A stretch of DNA of 63,016 bases, counting the filler, from Octopus bimaculoides (taxonomy: Eukaryota), in assembly GCF_001194135.2 (NCBI RefSeq). It is 6 parts of 6 records of this genome, joined end to end, with 100 filler letters (N's around TTAATTAATTAA, not from the genome) between each part and the next. Parts side by side here need not be neighbours in the genome. Positions count along the whole stretch, not along the records: positions 19,104 to 45,170 come from NC_068982.1; positions 45,271 to 50,100 come from NC_068998.1; positions 50,201 to 56,882 come from NC_068981.1; 3 more parts are not named here. One strand, 5' to 3'. The notes beneath the pieces are model-generated. The model did no database searches. It was not told where the DNA came from and saw nothing but the letters and a program-made list of their open reading frames with translations. How positions within the stretch are numbered: position 1 is the stretch's first letter; each line of letters begins with the position of its first letter. Made by a program: the position numbers and the translations under genes. Shown here in pieces: positions 37,236-50,250 of the stretch.

Positions 37236-37724
37236 TAAACAGCATGAATAGCGAAACACTGACCGAAAGTTGCAACAGAGGTACGACAATGTTAACAATG
37301 TAAGCAACAAATTTAATGTCAACTGACCTATTTCCTCCTCGCACAAATGTCAATGGCATTTTCGATAAAGCCAAAGAAAATAAATCTCAGGTCCGAATTT
37401 CTACGCTTAATAATTCCCTTATGGCACACAAGGATTCAACGTGTCAAGAAAATGGACGCGTACTTTAGCTCTCGCGTTCATTAAAGCTTTGATAATGAGT
37501 TTCTAACTCGAAATATCAAACCATACTAAATATTTCTAAGGTATTATTTCAATCTTTGTGATTAATAGTTTTGATATTCAATGATCCATTTGCAATGCTA
37601 ATGCTTTCTATAAAACATTGATTTTCTACTTCTTCTGGAATGCCTTAAGCACACTACAACACTTGTTATTTGTGTGTGAGTGTGTGTGAGTGTGTCTGTA
37701 TGTGTGCCTGCGTGTATGTGTGCA

Positions 37725-37766
<42 letters not shown>

Positions 37767-38049
37767 CACGCGCGCGCGTATCTTCTGGAGACAGATCTGG
37801 AGACAGAACGAGCTAGCTATGAACTAACTCGGAGAACTCTCCTCACGCTACTCGAAGAAAGGATTTTTTAATCCTGAAATATTGGAATATTAAAAACGGA
37901 ATTTTAGATATAACTACATTTTTGTTATTTATTGGCACCACCATATTTTATTCTGTTTTATTCCTAAATCGTATTGCCATAAAGTTTTATTAAAACTCGC
38001 CATTTTCTTCATATATGCAGGCGTGCACGCGCGCGTGTGTGTGTATGTG

Positions 38050-38290
38050 TGTTGTGTTCTTGAGCCTGACAATTTATTTCACATTGATCCAGTTCATTCT
38101 GCTGGCAAAAATGAGATGTACCTGTAATTCAAAGTGCCAGCCTATGTCACACTGAATCTCCCTGAGTACTACGTTAAGGTTACGCATGTTCGTAGGGCAC
38201 TCAGCCACTTGCACGTTAATTTCACGAGCAGGCTGTTCCGTTGAACGGATCAACTGGAACTCTTATCGTTGTAATGGACGGAGTGCCAGT
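38050..38290 (+). mobile_element. SINE family E body (head missing)
   Basis: GTTCTTGAGC...TTTATTTCAC...GCTGGCAAAAATGAG...CACTCAGCCACTTGCACGTTAATTTCACGAGCAGGCTGTTCCG; matches 43285-43590 in reverse complement. Confidence 0.8.
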
Positions 38291-38327
38291 TTTTTTCTTT
38301 ATACATGTACGTATGTATGAATGTGTG

Positions 38328-38360
<33 letters not shown>

Positions 38361-38495
38361 GTGTGTACGTGTGTGTACGTGCGTAGGTGTGTGTGTATAC
38401 ATACACACACACACACATATATTGGTGTGTGTGTGTGTTTTTGTGTGTGTATATCTATGGGTGTGTGTATGAGTATACATACGTATACGCATATA

Positions 38496-39736
38496 CAGAA
38501 GTTGGACAAAATAATGGAAACACCTAGCATCATTGCATCATAATTTTGAAATATCTATAAATTTATTAATTATTAGCGTTGCTTAATATGTTTTGCTAAA
38601 ATTGCTGTTTCTTTTCCGATATCATCAGAAAAAGGTAATTAAAATTCATTAAAATCACAGATCTATCGGACTTTCAAAGAGGTCAAATTGTTGGTGCTCG
38701 TATGGTAGGCGCTAGCGTAACGAAAACAACCGAAATGTTTGGTGTATGAAGAATTACTGTCTCACAAGTAATGACAGCCTTTGAGAAAGGGAAAAACCTC
38801 CTCGTCGAAACAAAACTCTGGAAGAAAACCAAAACTTTCCGGTAGGGATCGTCGGACTATTACGCGAATTGTTAGAAAGGCTCACAAAAGCACAGCTCCC
38901 AAAATTACTGCAGAGCTTAATGACCACCTCGAGAACCCAGTTTCCAAAAAACTGCTCGCCGGGAGCTGTACAAAGCCGGATTTCACGGGAGGCCTGCAAC
39001 AGAAAACCACTGTTAAGCATGGGGAAGGATCTGTGATGATCTGGGGGTGGGGGCTATATCTTGGAAATCCGCCGGCTCAATGGTTTCTCTTCACGGCAGA
39101 ATTAATAGTCAAGACTATTTAAGCATTTTATCTGATCAAATTCATCCTATGGTTGNNNNNNNNNNNNNNNNNNNNNNNNNNNNNNNNNNNNNNNNNNNNN
39201 NNNNNNNNNNNNNNNNNNNNNNNNNNNNNNNNNNNNNNNNNNNNNNNNNNNNNNNNNNNNNNNNNNNNNNNNNNNNNNNNNNNNNNNNNNNNNNNNNNNN
39301 NNNNNNNNNNNNNNNNNNNNNNNNNNNNNNNNNNNNNNNNNNNNNNNNNNNNNNNNNNNNNNNNNNNNNNNNNNNNNNNNNNNNNCACCAATTCACACAG
39401 CTAAAGTTGTTACTGAATGGCACGAGGAACATTCTAGTGAAGTTGAACATCTTATCTGGCCACCACAGTCCCCAGATCTCAATATTAGTGAACATTTATG
39501 GTGTATTTTAGAAAAAGAAGTAAGGAGTCGATATCCTCCGCCATCATCATTACAAGAACTGGAGACTGGTTCAGCTGAAGAATGGACAAACATTCCTTTG
39601 GAAACAATTCAAACTTTGTACGAGTCCATACCTCGTAGAATTCAAGTTGTAATTACTGCCATAAGCGGACCTACCCCATATTAAAATAAATTCGTTTCAA
39701 ATTTTAAGGTGTTTCCATTATTTTGTCCAATCCCTG
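38496..39736 (+). mobile_element. Tc1-family DNA transposon, near full length, decayed (gap inside)
   Basis: TIRs CAGAAGTTGGACAAAATAATGGAAACACCT and (rc) CAGGGATTGGACAAAATAATGGAAACACCT; TA on the left. Protein pieces: SGRKPKLSGRDRRTITRIV.K.HKSTAPKITAEL, TVKHGEGSVMIWG, WPPQSPDLNISEHLW. Confidence 0.95.
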
Positions 39737-39856
39737 CATACATACACACACACATGCATAGCCAGTACAAATAAACGAATAAAATAACGAGCAAGAAGGA
39801 ATGTATGAGCTTGATACACAAACGTGTGTGTGTGTGCGTGTGTGTGTGCGTGTGTG

Positions 39857-39913
<57 letters not shown>

Positions 39914-40429
39914 ATGCATTGGTGTGGAAAATAATTTAAGGCTGATGAATATAGTTGATTAACATAAACAAAACTTTACATATAATGAAATAATCTGGCT
40001 TATTAACACGCAGTTATGTTAATCAGAATACAATTCTAAATCGTTTATGTATTGAGCACTTCCCGTTTTTTGCATGAAAATGTATGGTCATACAAATCGC
40101 ACGCACATATACAAATAGACACACACACACGTCTGCTTAATCTCTCATACAGACATCCACGCACACTTCTAACCACACACAATTTCACACGTACATATAA
40201 TGCATGTGGCAGCAGGAAATATCAACGATATTTCACTATATTCATTCCTACAGATGTTACAGTAATCGTTACATCACAACTGCATAACAATTATGTAAAA
40301 ACCAAACACACGCAGAGAAGTGGATGTATTCGGCATCTGGCATGTTTTTGGTATGTCTGTCGGTACAACTCTTCCTGCTAAGCAACAATGTCCAAAAAGA
40401 AACTAGATTTTCATATGGAAACCTTTCAT

Positions 40430-41100
40430 GTTTTACTTACAATGTAATCAAGCCCGTTTTCAAAATAGTTCCATCTCCAGAGCTATTGGTCATCTGACCA
40501 CGTGGAACAAATTCATGAAAATAGACGATAAGCACCACCTTTACACTAGTGCAACTCTTATATTTATTTTTTGGTCATGGTGAACCCACTGTGATGAATG
40601 CCTATTTGTTTCGACATCATAACTTCACACCCACCTGTTATAGTGACTTTTCAGAAAGCTTTCATCAGCATTCGACAATCGAACAGTTTCTGACACAATT
40701 CTACTTTTGTTCACACGGTGCATTTTCCGTTTGTTTTTTTAAATATGTGACACGAATTTTTACAGATGCCTACGTCTCCAAAAACTATACAATTAGTCAG
40801 ATAACGGTTTTTCACGGATCACTGCAAGCACTTTCGAAATGTGATCGTTGTTCGTTGTCGCCAAATATTTTCCTTATTTTGAATCGTCTTCAGCAGGTAT
40901 TTTTTTTCACCAAATTTGAATCGTCTTTAGCAGGTATTTTTTTTTTTTTTACCAAACTTGAAAAATCTCGTAACATTGCGCACAGCTCATACAGTTCTCC
41001 CTACATACAACATTAAACAAAGACTTCGTAAAAGCCTTGCCAAACTGAGGCTGAATCTCACTTAAGCACATTACTTTTCCAATTCTTTCACTGCTCAACT
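40430..41100 (-). mobile_element. Fourth mariner, 5' two-thirds, decayed
   Basis: My translation: ...ENCMSCAQCYE...TTNNDHISKVLAVIRE...KMHRV...NADESFLK...SYDVETNRHSSQWV...KVVLIVYF..HEFVPRGQ. Not in the ORF track. Confidence 0.82.
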
Positions 41101-41969
41101 CGTGATAAATTTGACAAACACACAAAACATGCGTTCATTCTAACACATGTAGACTAATGACTTACTCTGCTAGATGTGGTTATTATTAAACTAGAGGCCT
41201 AAGTTACTATGTACAGCGTAACAATTAATCACAAACACGTTGCGCCAGCAGATTCAATCGCTGGTTTTAAATTTCAGTTACTGAACCTGTAAATCTTGTA
41301 GATGTGCTCCTAGGAAGTCAGTTTTATATTCAGTCCTTTGGGATAGTGTTTCCTCATAACACAGTTCTTTCCGGTTGGGTATGAAAGGGTCAGTTTTTTG
41401 TCCATTTGCTCGTTCCAGGCAGTCCTATATTTAACCCCTGTGATTGCTGGTTACAAAAGGAATTTGTTATTATATACAGATGAGAGTTAGAGCATTCTGT
41501 AGCAGAAGACTTTACGTGGGGTAATATTACGCATATTTCCTTTATATAATATATCGGGGGTCAACTCTTTGTGTCTGTTCTTTCATTCTTTAGAATGTGT
41601 CGCAGCCCCAAATAATTCATAATCTATATATTTTTTTAGCACGTTTACTGCAAAATACCTCGCTAAGCCTAATTATGGTGTATCCTGTGGCGTGCGTATG
41701 TTTTATTACCAAGTGTTTATGTACGTGTGTATATGTACATACCACATACAAATTCATACATATGCACACAACTGTGTGTACGAGCATACACACGCAAACA
41801 CACACACACACACACACACACGCACATACATGTGCCATTCATATGAGGACACCGTGCCTTACGTAATATGTCATGTGATTCTGCCGCCATAAAAAAGATG
41901 AATATTTAGATTAGGAAAAAAGACTATCTATGGATGTAAATTGAAAGCCAGCCATCCAAGAAAATAATA

Positions 41970-42003
<34 letters not shown>

Positions 42004-42694
42004 CGATGATGACGATGATGACGATGATGGTGATTTATTATTTTTTATATTATGGGATTATGTCGAAGGTAGTGTAACGTCAGCATCATGATGATATTGG
42101 TGATGTGTTTGTTTTTGTTGTTGCTGTTGTTGTTGTTGTTGCTGTTGCTGTTCTTGTTGTTGTTGTTGTTGTTGTTTTTGATGATGATGATGGAAAAGGA
42201 GGAGGATAGGGTAGATACAACAAGAAACAAAGAAAGTAAAGTAAAAAAAAACATGAAGAATCTGCTGTGCAAGAATAGAAGTAGAGGAGAAAAACTACAA
42301 GAAAGACAAAAGATAAAGAAAGACGTGGGTGGGGGAGAAAGAGAGAAAAGTAAACGGGGTAGAAGAAGGGAAGAATGGGATGGTAAGGAGAGAGAGATAG
42401 AATTAATAGGATGGAGTAGAGACGGAGATGTAGAGACGAACAAGGAGCCCCGTAAAAGAGAAGAGACTATGTAAGAAGTCTGCATGCTGGTAGAATGTGG
42501 AGTTGTGATTGATATTGTTGTTGTTTTGGGTGTGGGCGATAGTAGTAGTGGTAACGGTGGTGTTGTGTTTGCAGTGAATTCGATCTTATAACCTAAGTGC
42601 TTGTATTTGCCTATGTTACCACTATGATGTCACGTGTACTCAAATGGCCACTGATTTCCAAACTGTCATGATACATCTCGCTGTCTTATAACCG

Positions 42695-43100
42695 GGGAGA
42701 AGGGGCAAGTCGACGTGATCGACCGCAGTGTTCGTCTCACTGGTACTTATTTCATCGATCCCGAAAGGATGAAAAGCAAAGTCGACCTCGACGAAGTTTG
42801 AACTCAGAACGTAAAGACAGACGAAATACCGCTAAGCATTTCGTCCAGCGTGCTAACGATTCAGCCAGCTCGCTGCCTTAGGTATTCTTTTCTACTCTAA
42901 GCACAAGGCCCGAAATTTTGGGGGAGGGGCCAGTCGATTAGATCGACCGCAGTGCGTAACTGGTTCTTAATTTATCGACCCCGAAAGGATGAAAGACAAA
43001 GTCGACCTCGGCGGAATTTGAACTCAGAACGTAAAGACAGACGAAATACCGCTAAGCATTCCACCCGGCGTGCTAACGTTTCTGCCAGCTCACCGCCTTA
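42695..43100 (-). mobile_element. Two head-to-tail copies of tRNA-derived SINE family A
   Basis: AAAGTCGACCTCG(A/G)CG(A/G)A(G/A)TTTGAACTCAGAACGTAAAGACAGACGAAATACCGCTAAGCATT occurs at ~42778 and ~42998. Confidence 0.9.
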
Positions 43101-43284
43101 TGATTTTCAAATATAGCGCTGTAGTACCATTCAATTAAGATGACTGCACTGTTGATAGTTAAGTATCTTGGTCATAGACACTGTACAGTAAGTTATTCAA
43201 TACTGCGGTGTCTGCTTACATCTTCGAGGACTTATGGGAGAGTCAAGTGTTTTATGTCACAGACGCTATTGACATTGGTCCTGG

Positions 43285-43590
43285 TCATAGGCACCAGGCA
43301 CTCCTTCCAGTCGATCCGATCCACGGGACTGCCTGTTCGTGAAATTAACGTGCAAGTGGTTGAGTACTCCACAGACTCGCGTACCCTTATCGTGGTTTTG
43401 AAAGAGATTCAGTGTGACACAGAATGTGACAAAGCTGGCCCTTTGAAATACAGGTACTACTCATTTTTACCAGCTGAGTGGACTGGTACAACATGAAATA
43501 AAGTGTTCTCCTCAAGAACACAACGCGCCGCCGGGAATCGAACTCACAACCTTATGATTGTGAGTCGAATACCCTAACCATTAAGACACA
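43285..43590 (-). mobile_element. tRNA-derived SINE family E with head
   Basis: Minus strand: GTCTTAATGGTTAGGGTATTCGACTCACAATCATAAGGTTGTGAGTTCGATTCCCGGCGGCGCGTTGTGTTCTTGAGG (A-box-like and B-box GTTCGATTC). Confidence 0.82.
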
Positions 43591-44280
43591 CACCATCACA
43601 AGGCAGAGATACAGTACGGTGAATAATACCAGACTATAATATCAGCTTAAATTTGCTAAACTGGACTCTTGACTGTTTAGTTTCAGTGACATGGATACAG
43701 CAGAGGGAACTATATCACGCCGAGGTGCGCATTTGCTTTTAGGTAGAGATGAACAGTAGCTTAAGCACAATCTGTGCCATCTAAATGCATGGGCACTATG
43801 AGCAGTTATCTAGTTTCCATAAGTCCTAACCTATTTATTCTGTGGCTTGCATTATTCGCTCAGGGACCAATAATAATGTCATAACAAACCTGGGTATGAA
43901 CACATTACTATGATCTATGTCACACAGTGGTGTCTCCCTACAAATGTTATGAATTTGAAATGTGAATGTTTGGTATTCATGGAGTGATGTCTACTTGTAA
44001 AGTCGAACGAAGGCAAGCAAACTGAAACTTCGAAGTCACTGTCAGTCATTTCTTCGTAAAAGTTTAATTAACATATACTCCACTAAAAAGTATCGAGTAA
44101 CCTTTCAGTTTAAGGTTAAACTGTTTTTATATATAACTTGACATAAAAACAGTGTGTGTGTGTGAGTGTGTGTGTGTGTGTGTGTGCGTGTGTGTGTGTG
44201 TGTGAGTGTGTATATGTGTGTGTATGTACGTGTATACACAAACACACACATATAAATATGTATATATGTGTGTGTGTACA

Positions 44281-44328
<48 letters not shown>

Positions 44329-45136
44329 NNNNNNNNNNNNNNNNNNNNNNNNNNNNNNNNNNNNNNNNNNNNNNNNNNNNNNNNNNNNNNNNNNNNNNNN
44401 NNNNNNNNNNNNNNATATATATATACGTATGTATGTAAGTTTATGTATGTATTATAAGCATATATGCATACTACATACGTACATACATACATGTATACGT
44501 TTGTGCGTGTGCATGTGTGTGCATAGTGCTATGTACCTAAATATGTATTTGAAACCATCCATCCACACTCAGAGACACACACATACCTCCCACACATACA
44601 CACACGCAATTATGTTCCCGTACGTACGAGCCTATATAAATATACACTGGTGTTTATGTATGTATATTTGAAGTTATATATATAAATAGATTGATGCTTC
44701 TTCCGATCGATTCTTCCTGATGGATCGAGGAACCTGAAACTACTACAACAATTCCTACACACACACATACATACATGCACACAATATAACTACAACACAC
44801 GCTAACACACACACACGAATACACACAATTATCTATGAAGTTTCTAATTTGATCAAAAGCACACTTGTAGGAAGCCCATGTGTTGCCTTACACATCATCA
44901 ATGTATTTTCCCAAAACAAATTTCTCTCTCTTTCCCTTTCTTTCTCTCCCTCGTTCACTGACTACGCATACTCACAGACACACATACACTCACACGCACA
45001 CGCACTCACATATACATACATACATACATACACATGTATATACGTAATACGTGTATGTATGTTTCCTAGAAAGAAGAAACACTAACACAAGTTTGTACGT
45101 ATATGTATTATATGTGTGTGCATATATATCTATCTA

Positions 45137-45170
<34 letters not shown>

Positions 45171-45729
45171 NNNNNNNNNNNNNNNNNNNNNNNNNNNNNN
45201 NNNNNNNNNNNNNNTTAATTAATTAANNNNNNNNNNNNNNNNNNNNNNNNNNNNNNNNNNNNNNNNNNNNCATCATCACCATCATCACCAGCATTATACC
45301 ACCACAACCGCCACCACCACCACCACCAACATCAGCATCACTATCATCATCATCATCATCATCACCATCATCACCAGCATTATACCACCACAACCGCCAC
45401 CACCACCACCACCACCACCACCATCAGCATCACTATCATCATCACCATCCTCATTAGTTATAATTTCGTTAGAAATAATTACTTGTAGCAATATGTCATT
45501 AATCACTTCTGCCAAATCTGATCAATGTTTTCCTGTTAATGAGAAACAACTTCCTGCCAAAGTAGCAAATACTAGTGGCGCTGGTGGTGGTATTAGTGGT
45601 GATGGTCATGGCGGAGATGGTGGTGATGTTGTTGTTGGTGGTGATGTTAGTGAAGCGAACCTCTAAAAAACCCAGCCATATTTGTGTCCAAATTTGTGTA
45701 TGTAAGTATATTTGTATATATATATGTAT

Positions 45730-45771
<42 letters not shown>

Positions 45772-46911
45772 ATAAATATGTATGTATAAATGTAAATAGA
45801 TAAACAACAGAAAATGGAATTAATGAAATTCTTTACTTAAAATCACTACAATTGTTTCAACACCCACTCACACCTGAAGTTCATAGATAAGAAGATGTGC
45901 AGCCATTCTCTCACATCCTAAGTGTAGAATGCACCTCTTTTTAGAAACTCTACAGATATTATAGAATTCCTGAAATACATCCAGTAGCACATGCATTTCC
46001 TCTGCATGATGACATCAGATAACCGATGACTGTGGGTCAGCTTTGCACAGCATTCTTCAAGTTTTTTTTTACCTGAATCTCATTTAACTACGTCTGAATG
46101 TATATATGTGTATTTATGTATATAAATAAGAGGAATAGCCACCTAAGTGGATTCCTAACATGCTAGAAGAAGACACCAATGTGTATTAATGTATGTCTAT
46201 TCTCATGCTGAAATCGCTATGTTCTGCTTTGGGAGAAGTTCTAAATGTTAATTTTTTACCTGTATTCACCTGATGAAAACAGTTTTTCTTTTATGATGTC
46301 TCTCTTTTGTCCATCAGTAAAGAACAGATCTGAAACAGCTGTAGTGAACTGCAACCCATCTGCATTATTATTTGTATATATGTCGGCTTCTCCCATCAAA
46401 GGTGACACACAAGTGTTCAGCTTTTTACTGAATGACCTTCACAAATGATGTGTTTATAGGGATCAAATGTATGTGCTGCCTTGACTGCATCCTGTGGTGG
46501 TGGTATGTAAAAAGCACCATCTGATCATGGTGGATGCCAGCCTCCTCTGGCCCCTGTGCCGGGGGCATGTAAAAAGCATCTACTACACTCTCGGAGTTGT
46601 AGGCATTAGGAAGGGCATATATGTATATATAATATATATATATATATATATACATACACACACATGTTGGGCAATTGAAAATATAAGAAAAAAAACAGGG
46701 GAAAAAAAAAGCAACAAATGTCAATAAAATAGGAGTGGAAATGGTGTTTCGAGCATGACTCTTTGTTGGAGAAGAAGAGAGAATCCAGAGAGGAGGAAAA
46801 GGTGGCATGAGTAGATAATCCAGAGAAAAGGACATGGGTCATTACATTGTCAAAAAAAAAAAACTGACTGGAAGTTAGAGAGGAATAGAGTATGCAGTTG
46901 TATGTATGTAT

Positions 46912-46968
<57 letters not shown>

Positions 46969-47072
46969 AAGGGGAATATGGTATTAAAATGAAAAATCCG
47001 GATGAAAATAACTTAAAGATAACTTACAAATTATTCTGTTTGCTCATCATCATCATTATAATCATCGTTGTA

Positions 47073-47128
<56 letters not shown>

Positions 47129-47267
47129 GATTATTAAAAACAACAGTTTTCTTTTGAGTATTTTATTCACCCCCCCCCTATATCTCTTCATAAGTTTGAA
47201 TATTTCCCCCTAATTTCTTTCTGCAGAGATGTTAGCATGTAAACAAATACGTGGGAGTCTTCATATG

Positions 47268-47298
<31 letters not shown>

Positions 47299-47398
47299 AA
47301 AAGCTGTTACACACAGACATAAATACTAACGTACACATATTTACATACATAACATTTATCTTAAGTATTTTATGTTCCTTTACTCTCTCTTTCCCATT

Positions 47399-47436
<38 letters not shown>

Positions 47437-47742
47437 AGTGTGTGGGTGTGTATGTATGTGTGTCTGTGTAAATGTGCAACTGAATATATATTTATATATT
47501 TGTGTGTATGCATGTGTATGTTAATATGTATGTGTATATATATGTGTGTGAATAAGTGTATATGAGTACACATGTGTATATGTGTNNNNNNNNNNTTATA
47601 TATTTGTGTGTATGCATGTGTATGTTAATATGTATGTGTATATATATGTGTGTGAATAAGTGTATATGAGTACACATGTGTATATGTGTGCATAGATATG
47701 TGTGTATTAGTGTGTGTATACGTATGTAAGAATGTATGATTT

Positions 47743-47781
<39 letters not shown>

Positions 47782-48429
47782 TGGCAAATGATTTGAGAAC
47801 TTTTTATTCAAATTTTCACTTAATAAATTATTGCTTTCCTTTTTTTCTTTTTGGTTTGTTTTCTTAAACAGATAAAAAAAAAACTGTTGTTTCTTCAATA
47901 TTTTCCATTTTTCTTATGCAATAATCTTTTTTATTATTATTCTCCACAAAAAAATGTACGTATCAGTTTTAAGAAATTCACGAGTCTTATAAAAATTGAC
48001 ACAATGGTTTTCAAAATAAATAATATTGGTATGATAATATACACTTGGAGAACTTTCCAACATAACACTTCTCAGAAAATAAGGAATGGTAGAGTTTGTG
48101 GTGTGTTGCACCTGAAGATCTTGGGTGAAATTTCTCACTGGTTCTGCTTCAAGGGGTGTGAGCAAATGTTAGTGGTTGTGAGGGCAGAAAACCGAATTGC
48201 TAGTCTTATGAGAGAATTGACTATCTTGGGCCTTTCTGTATGTCTTGTAGCTGTTAAGAGGTGAGTTAAGTGATGTCTCTTGACGCTACCATCCCTGACA
48301 ACTATAGCTCCTTCCCAGGTCATACAGACTCTAAGTTACACTAAGTTACATGCCTCCATAAAAATAAAAACCAGAAGCTGCAATAAAAAACAACAACAAT
48401 CATACAGGAAGGATACAGTTCTATATTTA

Positions 48430-48613
48430 AGAGATGAGGAATTATTTACATTATTTACAATATTTACATTTGATGGATATTTGTCCTCATCTTGTTTGTT
48501 GTTGACACATTTTGGCTGATACACCCTCCAGCCTTCATCAGGTGTCTTGAGGAAATTTCGAACCTGGGTTCTCATTCATAAGGTATTTTTCAATGTTGTT
48601 GTTGCTATTATTA

Positions 48614-48661
<48 letters not shown>

Positions 48662-48780
48662 TCACTGCTTGAAATCGAACTCGAAAATTTGGAGTTAGTA
48701 GCCCATGCTCTTAACCACTACGCCATATGCCCATGGGCATATTATTATTATTCTGTGACCTGAATAACAACAACAACAAC

Positions 48781-48843
<63 letters not shown>

Positions 48844-49362
48844 NNNNNNNNNNNNNNNNNNNNNNNNNNNNNNNNNNNNNNNNNNNNNNNNNNNNNNNNN
48901 NNNNNNNNNNNNNNNNNNNNNNNNNNNNNNNNNNNNNNNNNNNNNNNNNNNNNNNNNNNNNNNNNNNNNNNNNNNNNNNNNNNNNNNNNNNNNNNNNNNN
49001 NNNNNNNNNNNNNNNNNNNNNNNNNNNNNNNNNNNNNNNNNNNNNNNNNNNNNNNNNNNNNNNNNNNNNNNNNNNNNNNNNNNNNNNNNNNNNNNNNNNN
49101 NNNNNNNNNNNNNNNNNNNNNNNNNNNNNNNNNNNNNNNNNNNNNNNNNNNNNNNNNNNNNNNNNNNNNNNNNNNNNNNNNNNNNNNNNNNNNNNNNNNN
49201 NNNNNNNNNNNNNNNNNNNNNNNNNNNNNNNNNNNNNNNNNNNNNNNNNNNNNNNNNNNNNNNNNNNNNNNNNNNNNNNNNNNNNNNNNNNNNNNNNNNN
49301 NNNNNNNNNNNNNNNNNNNNNNNNNNNNNNNNNNNNNNNNNNNNNNNNNNNNNNNNNNNNNN

Positions 49363-49399
<37 letters not shown>

Positions 49400-49451
49400 T
49401 CGAAAAATACCTTAGGAATGAGAACCCAGGTTCGAAATTTCTCCAAGACAC
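48430..49451. mobile_element. Fold-back composite repeat: tRNA-like head, (AAT)n, Penelope-type terminal segment with hammerhead-like fold
   Basis: The left arm (48541-48600) and right arm (49390-49451) are reverse complements (GAAAAATACCTTA(T/G)GAATGAGAACCCAGGTTCGAAATTT..CAAGACAC). Central palindrome ATATGCCCATGGGCATAT at 48725-48742. tRNA-like head 48662-48730 (-) with A box TGGCGTAGTGG. Confidence 0.7.
48504..48546 (-). ncRNA. Degenerate minimal type-I hammerhead ribozyme-like motif
   Basis: GACAC-CUGAUGA-A-GGCUG(GAGGGUGUAU)CAGCC-AAAAU-GUGUC. Stems I and II pair and the CUGAUGA core is intact. The expected GAAAC..GUH is reduced to AAAAU. Confidence 0.5.
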
Positions 49452-49507
49452 TGTACCAAATAGTAGTGTGACTTTTGGATCACCCTGTATATAAATAGAC
49501 AGATTGC

Positions 49508-49563
<56 letters not shown>

Positions 49564-49974
49564 CAGGCAGATAGATTAGACAGGTTAGATAATTAGAGAT
49601 ATAGATATAGGATATATATACATATATATATATATAGCAAGAAATACTTACATGCACACACACATGCATGTGTGTGCGTATGTGTGTGTGTGTGTGCGTG
49701 CATTTAATTCAAGTTGTTTATGTAAAACATGAAAGCAGAGTGAAGAATTATTGGTCCAGCATTGATGGAAAGCATTGCTATATAAAACAACAGAAAAGGT
49801 TAAGAGAGTATTATTCCAGAAGAAGATAAAGAGTGGAATTGAAATGGAATCAATGTAAAAACAAAATGCTAAATGGGCAGAAATAATTTCGAAAACAGAT
49901 AAGGAAAGTTGAATGTTTTAAGACGAGGAAGAAAGTTTAAAAGGATGTTAGCTATTTAATGAGATGTTTTTTTG

Positions 49975-50014
<40 letters not shown>

Positions 50015-50200
50015 GCTGTTGTGTTTGTGTAATGAGTGTGTGATTATGTGTAGCTGTGTGGATGTGTTTGTATGTTTGTGGGGTACTTATGTGTATATAT
50101 NNNNNNNNNNNNNNNNNNNNNNNNNNNNNNNNNNNNNNNNNNNNTTAATTAATTAANNNNNNNNNNNNNNNNNNNNNNNNNNNNNNNNNNNNNNNNNNNN

Positions 50201-50250
<50 letters not shown>

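Noticed and set aside
43687-43892. Candidate micro-exons (38 nt at ~43687 and 30 nt at ~43864; similar ones at ~50640-50730 and ~53509-53552)
   Set aside because: Only splice-like signals; no recognisable protein, and expected by chance at this AT content.
47477-47700. Direct repeat of ~90 bp across a 10-N gap
   Set aside because: Same contig-overlap artefact.
48662-48730. Functional tRNA gene (also the SINE heads at ~43520-43590 and family A heads)
   Set aside because: A and B boxes are present but the cloverleaf pairing is poor and each is fused to a repeat body; treated as tRNA-derived heads.
49460-49490. GTGACTTTTGGATCACCCTGTA, resembling a Tc1/mariner TIR
   Set aside because: Lone end with no partner or transposase; too short to call.
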